DNA of 64,000 nucleotides from Eledone cirrhosa (taxonomy: Eukaryota). How positions within the stretch are numbered: the stretch's first letter is position 1; the number at the start of each line of letters is the position of its first letter. The position numbers and the translations under genes are program-made. The notes below the pieces were generated by a model. The model saw nothing but the letters and a program-made list of their open reading frames with translations. It did not search any database and had not been told where the DNA came from. The stretch lies in NCBI GenBank assembly GCA_964016885.1, contig OZ024743.1, positions 42,222,001 through 42,286,000 on the forward strand, given 5' to 3'. Positions 39,302-50,600 of the stretch are shown one piece after another.

Positions 39302-41399
39302 TTACCGTACTTTTGGTAGAGGAGGGATGGTTTTTACATCCCTTTTCACTTGATCGTCTGGTGAAGGGACCGTTGAATCGTCCCTTCGGCTGGTCGTCGG
39401 CTCTTCTAAGAGAATGTCTGAATATACTCTTCGATTGATGGTTCCTCCTAGGTCCCTGAAATCACCAACTGCGTTGGGGAATTTCGTTTTAATGTTTGTG
39501 TATTGTTTCTGTGCTATTTTTAGCAGTCTTATGTTAGTTGGCGTTTTGATTGGTGCTGGTATTATGTAGTCCTGTTGTGAAATGTCTGTGAGTTCAATTA
39601 TGTAAGTCATTAGTTTCTTGTTGTGTGTGTTTATTGCCGTGCATTTGTTTTTCTGGGGGTGGGGTGTGGTTCTGCTATTTTCTTGTCGTTGTTGCTGGGT
39701 GTGTGTGTTTTGTTGTTGTGTTTGCGATGTTGGTGCTTGTGGTGGTGGTGTTGAAGGTGTTGTTGGCGGTGGGGTTGTCGCCGGTGGTGATGGTGGTGCT
39801 GGTGTGGGTGGTGATGGTGTTGGTGGTGTTGCTGCTGTGGGTCTCTTTGCAGTAGACTTTACCCTTTTCTCATTTCTTTCCTCCCTTTTCAAAGGCGACG
39901 ATGCGCTGCTTCTGCGTTTGTGCCTTCTTGCGACCTTTTGCCATCCCTCTCCCACCTCACACTCCATGTCTGATTCTGTAAGGTCGGGGAGGGGTAGCAG
40001 CTCCACTCTTTCACTTGTTGTTGTTGGTGATGTTTGCACTGGAGTTTCTGTTGCAGCTGCATTTGGTATTGCTGTTGTTGTTGTTAATATTTCCACTGCT
40101 GCTGCTGTTTTTGATTTCCGTGGAGTGGGTATGGGTGCCACGGACCTATCGTTCCTGGTTGCCGCTTGTCCTGTTGCTGGTAGCCGTGGAGCCGGATTCG
40201 GAAGGAGGGGGGTTTTCTCCTTTCTCAGGGTCTTCTCGTTGCAGAAGGCCCTGAGGTGAGTCTTCGATCCACAGCGAAAGCATTTCGGGCGTTTGCCCTC
40301 AACACTTATGGGCAGTTGAGTGCCGTTATCGAAGTCTATCACATCCGGGATAGCTTCGATGCACTCCTGGTTGGTTTGGATTAGCATCTCAATGGAGGAG
40401 CCGACCCAATCTTCTCTTACTTTTTTCTGTACTTGCCGTACAGTTGTTTTGTCCTCGATTCCGACGAGGACAGACGCGGCCAGCCAAGAAGGGGTCATTC
40501 CGGGGGGGACGTGGGTTAGTTTGACCCTCACAATTTTTTGCCCACAGTAGGAGGGCACCAACACCATTTCCTCGCTCCTTAGGGTCACTACTGATTGGGC
40601 CTTTGCCTCCTGGGGTGTGGCAAAAAGTACGTCTACGGTGGCATATTTTTTTGCCTCGGGTGATGTGCGTTTTCCGCTGCCACACAGACCCCAAGGCTTT
40701 TTGTATTTGGGCCTCTGTGGCTCTTTCCACCCTACGGGATTTTGTACTTACTGTACGGTACGTGACCGTACAGTGCTCTTGGGTTTCGAAAAACTTTTCC
40801 GCTGCCTTGCAGATTGCTCGGTGTCCGTTCTTTGTAACCATCTTCTTCGCTTCCTCTAATTCCTCATTTGTTATGAGGATTGTTTCCAAGTTTTTCGCAA
40901 TACCTGCAAATGAGATTGGTTTTTCTCTGCTGTTGTTGTTGTCGTCAGAGCTGCTGGTACTTTTGTTGTTGCTGCAGGTACTACGACTACTGCCTCCGCC
41001 GCTGTTGCTGTGGTTGTTGTTGGTGTTGCTGCTGCTAATGCTGTTGTTGTTTATGCTGCTGGTGATGCTGTTGCGGCTGCTACTGTTGTTTTCATTGTCA
41101 CTGTTGCTGTTGTTATTACGGCTGCTACTGCTATTATTCCTGACGTCAGACGAATGAACTGGGTTTTCGTATTTCCCGCACACCTGTTTCGTCGCTGTCG
41201 TCGTCGTCGTGGAGAAACCTTGCACGCTTTGCACGAGACTTTTCTTTTCTTTCGTCGCTTGCGAAAGAGAAGGGAGGGAGAGAGACACATTTAAAGAAGG
41301 GAGGGAGAGAGACAATCTTCTCTCTGCTGTAGTGATGATTGAGGAAGAAGAAGACGGAATGAGTGGGAGTGACGTATGAAATTTCTTTTTCGTAGCCAT
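39302..41399 (-). pseudogene. Tx1-E ORF1, broken by one extra base in a homopolymer (40646-40652)
   Basis: Two ORFs that join into the Tx1-F ORF1 sequence; T7 here vs T6 in Tx1-F. Confidence 0.85.
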
Positions 41400-41612
41400 G
41401 TTTTTTTGTTTAAAATGAAATTTTGGGTACAAAACCCCAATAACTGGTTATTTAACCCCGAAGGGCCAAATAACGGACAGAAAGACCCCTCTCACGAGGA
41501 GGAGGGTGTCTTTATCAACAATTTGGTTCAAGTTTTAAACAATTTATAATTGTTTTAACGGTTAAAAATTACTATACCTTACAGAGCCGAGCCTCCGTCA
41601 ACCATGGCATTC

Positions 41613-41662
<50 letters not shown>

Positions 41663-41924
41663 TTTCTTTATTAACCACAAGGGTTTACATAAAGTAGACA
41701 TTAAGGACAGTGCAGGACAATGCAGGACGGTACAAATGGGCATTTCTGCGTGTAAAAAAAAACAAAAATAGAGGAGGTAACAAAAATAACAATGAAAATA
41801 ACAATGAAAAATTCCCCAATAGGGGGGAGACTTCGGAGGGACATTTGTGGAGAAAGCCCAGTAAAAAGCCACAATGACCCTGACCACCAAGGCAAGTGCC
41901 CTCTCCCAGTTTTCCACCTTTAGT

Positions 41925-44900
41925 TTACAGATATATACTCAGAGTCGGCCCATTCACTCGGGCCATTCTTGCTTCTCTCACCCATCTTTCAACAAAATGC
42001 TGGGAAGAGAGCACTTCCTTCTCTACTCTGATTTTCCTTTTCAAATGAAATTTGAAAAAGTCAATCAGAGCATCACCGAAGAGGTAAGTGCTCGTCTTCA
42101 GCCCTTTCAAACGTGTCCACCATACTATCTCTTTCGCCATGGCCACCAGACAGATAAAAACTGCCTGCCCTTCCCGGCTAAAGGAGGAGGGCGGGGCAAT
42201 CCTCACGATAGACTCAGATGATAGCTGGATCCGTCCTAAACGCGACAGCAGGTGTTCGACATAAACCCACAAGTCAGCAATTTTCGGACACTGGACGAGT
42301 GCGTGCAGGACGGTTTCGTCGCCCTGCGCGCATCTCGGACATGCCCGGCTGACGGCACCTCCATGCCTGTAGAGTTTATCCCGAACTGGCAAGGCTCCTC
42401 GGTAGCACTGCCAGGCCAGAGATTTCTGGAAGTTGTCCATAGGCCCTGGCCCGAAAGTTCTTCCGAAGAGATTGGCTAGTTGATTTTCGTCGACGCCTAG
42501 AGTTTCCCCAAGTACGTCGTCGCTCTTCCCCTCCACTAATCCTCTATAGAACGCCGAGGTGGAGTTTCTACCGATCACATTGCCCGATTGGTCGAGGGCT
42601 GTGAGCGCCTGAAGACATTCCAGTCTCCAGGCGCTCCCTCTCGGTCTTCGCTTGACCCAGGACTGCAGCTCCGTCAAGGAAACGAGCTGGGGAAAAACGC
42701 GTCTAGCAAACGGCGACCACACCTGATCACCGTCGAGGAAGAGGTGGAGATGTCGTAGCCTGAGCGCGTGCCTGCGCATCATCAGCCACGGCATGCCCAG
42801 CCCTCCACGTAGCGGGTGTTGACAACAGATGGACCGCCTGACCATCGGAGCGCGTCCCTTCCACAAAAAGCGAAAGAGCAAACGCTCCAGAGCAGTCAGG
42901 CGAGGCTTAGGACAAGGTACGACGGTTTGGCGGTAGCAGATGACAGACGCGATGTACGCGTTAGCCACCTCCGCTCGACCTTTCAGGGATAGCTTCCTCT
43001 CCGCCCATTTCTGGGTGAGAGAAGCCACCCTGCTCGTCACCTCGTCCCAGTTTTTGTCCGTCTGGAGGTCCGGACCGAACCAGACCCCTAGCAATTTAAC
43101 CGGTCCGTCCGTCCAGCGCCCGACGACGCTGTTGGACGGCATGGACCTGCCTCTCCAGGTGCCGAGCTGCAGGCCCACTGACTTTTCCTGGTTGATCATT
43201 GCTCCTGTCACCGCTTCGTATTCTCTTAGTGTAGTGCCGATCGCCTCGATGTGTTTGGCGTTCGACACCACTACGGTGACATCGTCCGCATATGCTGACA
43301 CGGATCTTCCGCATCCTAGTTCGCGCGGGACTCCCCTCAACGTCTCCAGTTTGTGCAGTAATGGCTCGAGAGTCAATACGTACAAGAGGGACGAGAGGGG
43401 ACATCCTTGGCGGACCGAGCGCATGATGTTGAACGGTTCCGACAGGTGACCGTTCACTCTCACCACAGAGCAGATGTCGCTGTGCATGGCAGCGATCCAG
43501 CCTCTGAAGACGGGCCCAAAGCCAGCCGCCCTCAGGACTGCCGCTAGGTAACGATGGTCGACCCTATCGAAAGCTTTCGACTGATCTAAATTGATCAAGG
43601 ACCCACCCGTGCCAGGTTCCCTAGCTACCCTCTCTACGATGTATCGCATGAGGTGGAGGTTGTCGTGGATGGATCTGTCGGGAATGGCGCATGTCTGCGC
43701 CTCTCCCACCAGACGACCAACGACAAGCGCCAACCTCTTTGCTAGCACCTTGGCCAGAAATTGTCTATGTTATCGCCCTTGTTCGGATCCTTTCTCAGCA
43801 GTGCCACCGCTCCTCGGCTCACAGAACTGGGAATTCTCCCGTTCTGTTGCCAGTTGCAGTAGACGTCCGCCAAGAGGCCTCCGAACAAGTCTGGCATCTG
43901 TACGTAAAGTTCATAGGGCAGACCATCCAAACCAGGCGATTTACCCCTTGTGCAGCCAGTCATTGCCTCCCTTACTTCAGCGGCTGTTATCGGCTTTTCG
44001 CAACACTTCGCCTCAGTGGCCGAGAGCCGCGGCAGTCCGTCGAGGTAGACACTAAAGTCCATCCCTCTACCCGGCCCCCCGCTGCCCCCGAACAGCTGAG
44101 CGAAGTGTCGCTGAAAAGCTTCACACATTTGCCCGGGATCGAGTAGCATGCGCCCGTCGTGGTCCACCAAAGACCGGATCGTGGCTTTGTTGCCACGACG
44201 CGCCTCCGCCACTCGGGCCCATTGAACGGCTTTCGTCCCCTCGTGTCTGAGAGCACGCACCCTAGCTCTGACAACGCAGCCTTCGTGCTTTGCATTGAAG
44301 AATTGGTCAAGGGCCAATTTCGCCGCAAGCACGTCGGTCGCAATGCCTTTGCTAAGCGCCTCGTCTAATTTTCTAACTAGTTCTCCCTCTGCTCTATTTT
44401 TCTCTATTGCTAAAGCCTTACTAAACCTAATCGATTCTATTCTAATCGCTCTTTTCAGAGCAAACCACCACTTGTTGTTGACGATGGCCCCCGTCAACGC
44501 CCGCTTAACTAGTTCGCTAATCCGGTCTCTGTAGGCCTTGCGCGCTGGTAAGGACGCGTTTAGCTTCCAGTAGCCGGGTCCTCGTCTATGAAGCCTATCT
44601 AAGTCAAGCACACAGATCACGAATTTGTGGTCCGTGTAGCTGACTATCTTGAATTGTGGACAGCCTATGCTAGACCTATCTATTTCCCTACAAAATACTC
44701 TATCTAGATATGATCTGGATGACCCTATGCGGTTTGTCCAAGTCCACATTGGCACATTCGGGAAATCCAATCGGTACCTGTCAGACAGTTCAAAACGCCT
44801 GAGCAGGTTGGTGAGGCTCTTGCACCCTCCACCCCTATCCGCTAATCCCACACAGTCCCAGCGTGCATCTAAGATCCCGTTCCAGTCGCCCACTAACACT

Positions 44901-45307
44901 AAAGAGCGGGACGTTCCAAGAAAGGTCTCCAGACGCCGGAAGAAATCAGGCCGCCCTGCTCCTGTCGGGGCATAGACGGCCACTAGCCTGAAAGCTTGCC
45001 CGTCTCCGCTGGTCACGTCCAGCACCACCAGCTTACCCTCTGGGTCCAGGAAGATGGTCCGTATGGCGAGATCCAAACCTCTCCGAAAAAGCACAGCAAC
45101 TCCTCCACCCGATCCAGGACGGCTGGGAGATGCGTACACATCGTAGCCGCCGAAGATCGGTACGAAGGCCCGTGCTTCGGAGATTCTGGTCTCGCTGATG
45201 GCCACTACATCTATGTTTAGTGACCTGAGGTCGTTGAGCAGGTGACCCTGCTTCCATGACGACCCCAAGCCACGCGCATTTATGCTGCCCATTCTGAGTG
45301 AGGTCAT
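41925..45307 (-). pseudogene. Tx1-F ORF2, broken by a 37-bp deletion near 43756
   Basis: RPITLLNTEFKIL segment lost between two GGCC microhomologies relative to Tx1-E. Confidence 0.9.
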
Positions 45308-45342
45308 GTTTAAAATAGAGTGGAAAAGATGGGAAAGACCAC

Positions 45343-47439
45343 TTACCGTACTTTTGGTAGAGGAGGGATGGTTTTTACATCCCTTTTCACTTGATCGTCT
45401 GGTGAAGGGACCGTTGAATCGTCCCTTCGGCTGGTCGTCGGCTCTTCTAAGAGAATGTCTGAGTATACTCTTCGATTGATGGTTCCTCCTAGGTCCCTGA
45501 AATCACCAACTGCGTTGGGGAATTTCGTTTTAATGTTTGTGTATTGTTTCTGTGCTATTTTTAGCAGTCTTATGTTAGTTGGCGTTTTGATTGGTGCTGG
45601 TATTATGTAGTCCTGTTGTGAAATGTCTGTGTGTTCAATTATGTAAGTCATTAGTTTCTTGTTGTGTGTATTTATTGCCGTGCATTTGTTTTTCTGGGGG
45701 TGGGGTGTGGTTCTGCTATTTTCTTGTCGTTGTTGCTGGGTGTGTGTGTTTTGTTGTTGTGTTTGCGATGTTGGTGCTTGTGGTGGTGGAGTTGAAGGTG
45801 TTGTTGGCGGTGGGGTTGTCGCCGGTGGTGATGGTGGTGCTAGTGTGGGTGGTGATGGTGTTGGTGTTGTTGCTGCTGTGGGTCTCTTTGCAGTAGACTT
45901 TACCCTTTTCTCATTTCTTTCCTCCCTTTTCAAAGGCGACGATGCGCTGCTTCTGCGTTTGTGCCTTCTTGCGACCTTTTGCCATCCCTCTCCCACCTCA
46001 CACTCCATGTCTGATTCTGTGAGGTCGGGGAGGGGTACCAGCTCCACTCTTTCACTTGTTGTTGTTGGTGATGTTTGCACTGGAGTCTCTGTTGCAGCTG
46101 CATTTGGTATTGCTGTTGTTGTTGTTAATATTTCCACTGCTGCTGCTGTTTTTGATTTCCGTGGCGTGGGTATGGGTGCCACGGACCTATCGTTCCTGGT
46201 TGCCGCTTGTCCTGTTGCTGGTAGCCGTGGAGCCGGATTCGGAAGGAGGGGGGTTTTCTCCTTTCTCAGGGTCTTCTCGTTGCAGAAGGCCCTGAGGTGA
46301 GTCTTCGATCCACAGCGAAAGCATTTCGGGCGTTTGCCCTCAACACTTATGGGCAGTTGAGTGCCGTTATCGAAGTCTATCACATCCGGGATAGCTTCGA
46401 TGCACTCCTGGTTGGTTTGGATTAGCATCTCAATGGAGGAGCCGACCCAATCTTCTCTTACTTTTTTCTGTACTTGCAGTACAGTTGTTTTGTCCTCGAT
46501 TCCGATTAGGACAGACGCGGCCAGCCAAGAAGGGGTCATTCCGGGGGGGACGTGGGTCAGTTTGACCCTCACAATTTTTTGCCCGCAGTAGGAGGGCACC
46601 AACACCATTTCCTCGCTCCTTAGGGTCACTACTGATTGGGCCTTTGCCTCCTGGGGTGTGGCAAAAAGTACGTCTACGGTGGCATATTTTTTGCCTCGGG
46701 TGATGTGCGTTTTCCGCTGCCACACAGACCCCAAGGCTTTTTGTATTTGGGCCTCTGTGGCTCTTTCCACCCTACGGGATTTTGTACTTACTGTACGGTA
46801 CGTGATCGTACAGTGCTCTTGGGTTTTGAAAAATTTTTCCGCTGCCTTGCAGATTGCTCGGTGTCCGTTCTTTGTCACCATCTTCTTCGCTTCCTCTAAT
46901 TCCTCATTTGTTATGAGGATTGTTTCCAAGTTTTTCGCAATACCTGCAAATGAGATTGGTTTTTCTCTGCTGTTGTTGTTGTCGTCAGAGCTGCTGGTAC
47001 TTTTGTTGTTGCTGCAGGTACTACGACTACTGCCTCCGCCGCTGTTGCTGTGGTTGTTGTTGGTGTTGCTGCTGCTAATGCTGTTGTTGTTTATGCTGCT
47101 GGTGATGCTGTTGCGGCTGCTACTGTTGTTTTCATTGTCACTGTTGCAGTTGTTATTACGGCTGCTACTGCTATTATTCCTGACGTCAGACGAATGAACT
47201 GGGTTTTCGTATTTCCCGCACACCTGTTTCGTCGCTGTCGTCGTCGTCGTGGAGAAACCTTGCACGCTTTGCACGAGACTTTTCTTTTCTTTCGTCACTT
47301 GCGAAAGAGAAGGGAGGGAGAGAGACACATTTAAAGAAGGGAGGGAGAGAGACAATCTTCTCTCTGCTGTAGTGATGATTGAGGAAGAAGAAGACGGAAT
47401 GAGTGGGAGTGACGTATGAAATTTCTTTTTCGTAGCCAT
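45343..47439 (-). CDS. Intact Tx1-clade ORF1p, 698 aa: low-complexity N-terminus, folded central domain (possibly RRM-like), CCHC knuckle, Pro/Thr-rich linker, conserved C-terminal domain
   Basis: Open frame upstream of ORF2; CFRCGSKTHLRAFC; C-terminal KFPNAVG paralleled by KFPKDIG (Tx1-B) and SFPQDVG (Tx1-C). Confidence 0.9.
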   Translation of the reverse strand: MATKKKFHTSLPLIPSSSSSIITTAERRLSLSLPSLNVSLSLPSLSQVTKEKKSLVQSVQGFSTTTTTATKQVCGKYENPVHSSDVRNNSSSSRNNNCNSDNENNSSSRNSITSSINNNSISSSNTNNNHSNSGGGSSRSTCSNNKSTSSSDDNNNSREKPISFAGIAKNLETILITNEELEEAKKMVTKNGHRAICKAAEKFFKTQEHCTITYRTVSTKSRRVERATEAQIQKALGSVWQRKTHITRGKKYATVDVLFATPQEAKAQSVVTLRSEEMVLVPSYCGQKIVRVKLTHVPPGMTPSWLAASVLIGIEDKTTVLQVQKKVREDWVGSSIEMLIQTNQECIEAIPDVIDFDNGTQLPISVEGKRPKCFRCGSKTHLRAFCNEKTLRKEKTPLLPNPAPRLPATGQAATRNDRSVAPIPTPRKSKTAAAVEILTTTTAIPNAAATETPVQTSPTTTSERVELVPLPDLTESDMECEVGEGWQKVARRHKRRSSASSPLKREERNEKRVKSTAKRPTAATTPTPSPPTLAPPSPPATTPPPTTPSTPPPQAPTSQTQQQNTHTQQQRQENSRTTPHPQKNKCTAINTHNKKLMTYIIEHTDISQQDYIIPAPIKTPTNIRLLKIAQKQYTNIKTKFPNAVGDFRDLGGTINRRVYSDILLEEPTTSRRDDSTVPSPDDQVKRDVKTIPPLPKVR

Positions 47440-47674
47440 GTTGTTTTTTGTTTAAAATGAAATTTTGGGTACAAAACCCCAATAACTGGTTATTTAACCC
47501 CGAAGGGCCAAATAACGGACAGAAAGACCCCTCTCACGAGGAGGAGGGTGTCTTTATCAACAATTTGGTTCAAGTTTTAAACAATTTACAATTGTTTTAA
47601 CGGTTAAAAATTACTATACCTTACAGAGCCGAGCCTCCGTCAACCATGGCATTCAATAATAATAATAATAATAA

Positions 47675-50600
47675 GAAGGGAAGAAGACGCAGAAGAAGGG
47701 AAGAAGACGCACGAGGTGGTAGAACGTCACGAAATTGCTCCCGTAAGTTTTTTGATTTTTAACATATTTAAATCAATTGTGAAAGAACAATTCTTAGCAC
47801 AAATGTTGCATAAAGGCACCGAATGAGGTCCCATAAAGTTTCGGATCCATATTATATTGTTGTATCGCTCAAATATTCAATTTTGTATTATATATTTTGT
47901 ATTCAAAAAAAGAAAATGGTTATAAATGGAACAAAACACCCTCTGTCTACACTATATAGAACAGCGGCAATTTCAATTTCACCAACACCAGAAACTTGAT
48001 ACACTACCTATCCCATCACACTAAATATAACGGCAACTTCACCGGCATCATAATAATAATTACTATTATTATTGTCTCAAATTTTAAAAAATGTTTAATT
48101 CAAATTTTACGGGAATATGTCAACACAAAATATAATGAAAATATATATTAAACATACGAACACAAACTCATAGATACTATATCAGTAACCACAACACCAC
48201 CGCTGCCACCACCCCACCACATCCATCATCGCCGCCACCACTCATTCAATGCTACTGACACGATTCCCCTGTTAACTTGAGAGAGAAAAGGGAAGGTGGT
48301 GGTAGCACTAGACAAGAGAGAGGCTAGCAAAAGATATAAATAGATTGACTTGGTGACCTTGCCACGGACAAACGTCTACATCAACAATTATGGGACTGCT
48401 GGCTCACCCCTTCCTCACCAACAATATAAAAAGCCCCGGCACCACGCCCGACATAGCCAGCAGCAATAACAGCCAACTACAACAAAAAGTATATTATATT
48501 ATTATAATGCACTGGGTGATTGCTGGCCTTGTCCCTGGAGTGGAGACAATAATTAATAATTTCATTCTTAAGCCACGCAATGCTCACATTAAGGAACCAC
48601 TCATGATAATAACAATTTAAAAAAAACAACAAAAAGAAAACCCCGTGACCAAGAAATACCGGGATGGCGGCCGGCGGGGAATAGCCATGTCTCTAGGGGA
48701 GAACGACCCCTCTAGTCTTGGTTGACACTCGTTCTAGAAGTGGTAACACGAAAAGATTACCCCTTGGCGGATAAGGATAAAACGCGACAAAATAAAGTAG
48801 ATGTCTAATGATGAAATCTCATACCGGATCGGCCGTCACCCGGGTAAAAAAGGGCCGCGTCCCTCAGAGAGGAACCAGACTGGGGTCGAAAAATCAGCTA
48901 ATGGTTCAAACCTTCCCATCACTTCGGAGCTGGAGACCTCCCATAACCGGAATACTCCTACTGTTGGCCCTCCATGCTCACCACCAAGAAATCCAAAGAA
49001 AAAGAGAGAAAAATGGTCAAGGGAAGATAATAAAGAAGTCCTTGAGGCTTTCTACACTGCCATGTACTACCCATCAAATACATCGAATACAGAGCAAACA
49101 TATATCAACTGGAAAAAGAAACATCCCGAAAACAGAGGCTATATTGACAGTAACAAACTAGCCAATATACGAAGAAATATTGTAAGAAAAAAGTTACTAA
49201 CTGATATAGAAATTGATCAGATCAAGCTAGTAGCACAAAGTCAGCGAAGGGAAAATGAAGCATGTGTCAGTGAAAACGAGGTAAACTGTAACACTTCGAA
49301 TCCCAGAGTTGGGGCGGAATCACTGGCAGCAGAACAAATTAAAGAAAGGAGCGAAAAAGTGGAGGGAGTGCATGCTCAGGATGAAACTCCAAATGAAAAT
49401 AATGAGATCGTAAATGATAAAGAAATGAATGAGAATGAACTTGCCAACTTGAAGGATGAAATTATGATCGAATGGATAAAAATGAAAGAATCTGACATGG
49501 GGGAACGAGACACCCTCCCTAAGATCCAGAACTCCAAACAGAACCAAAAGATAATACACAAGACTAACATAATTCTCAAAAACATTATCATCACAAACAA
49601 AATAAACATTACTGACTTAAATCATCTCTATTATGCATCGGCTAAAGTCACCACTCACTTATGTGGAGTGAAGATGAAAAAACAAAGGAATTCCCACAAG
49701 AAATCTACTTGGCAAGATAACATCAATCGCCAAATAAACCTTCTCCGATCTGACATAGAAATTTTAACAAACTATAAAGTAGGTGAACATGTTAAACAAA
49801 CTAAACTTAGAAAATTGAAAAAAAAGTACAGTATAAGATCAACATGTGACATAGACATGCTGATAGAAACAATCAAGCAAAAAGTGTCGGCCAAAGCTGC
49901 TCGTATAAGGCGCTTTGAAAAACGATCTAGATTCTATAAGGACAATAATATGTTCAAAAACAACCAAAGAAACTTCTACAGAAAAATTGGTAAGTCAACA
50001 ATAACTGCTAAATCAATACCACCCAAGGAGGAAGTGCAAGAATTCTGGGAAAAGATCTGGGCCGAAGAAAAAGTTCATAACATACATGCCCCATGGATAG
50101 ACAGACAAATGAAAGAAACAGCTCACCTTGAAGAACAAACATGGGAAAATATAACAGTTGAACAGCTGCGCTTGGCTCTAAGAAAAACCAGCAAATGGAA
50201 ATCACCAGGAAAAGACAAAATACAAAACTTTTGGATAAATACCTTCACAGAGTCTCATGAGCTGTTAGCCCAACTTTACAATGAAATAGTTAAGGAGCCA
50301 GAAAAGATACCATCATGGCTAGTTAACGGCATTACATTCCTGCTACCGAAGAATGATGAGACAAACAATCCCAAAAATTACAGACCGATAACCTGCTTGA
50401 CCACAATGTATAAAATGTTAACATCAGTCCTAACTGAATACACATATGACCACCTGATAACAAATGACCTATTTCCCATTGAGCAGAAAGGGTGTAAACG
50501 AGGCTCATATGGCTGTAAGGATCAGCTTCTGGTTAACAAAATGATACTGGAAGATTGTCATAATAGACACAAAAATCTATCGATTGCTTGGATAGATTAT

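Larger units (their letters stand above)
35585..41612 (-). mobile_element. Tx1-E: full-length young copy
   Basis: About 6.0 kb between (AAT)n tracts; near-identical to Tx1-F and to the 5' part of Tx1-D. Confidence 0.95.
41661..47654 (-). mobile_element. Tx1-F: full-length young copy
   Basis: About 6.0 kb between (AAT)n tracts. Confidence 0.95.

Noticed and set aside
47740-48100. GTAAGT donor and AT-rich stretch suggesting an intron in the Dong-1c leader; short TAA/ATT palindrome at 48050-48073 as an alternative 5' boundary
   Set aside because: Single copy with no second full-length element to compare; cannot be decided from this window.
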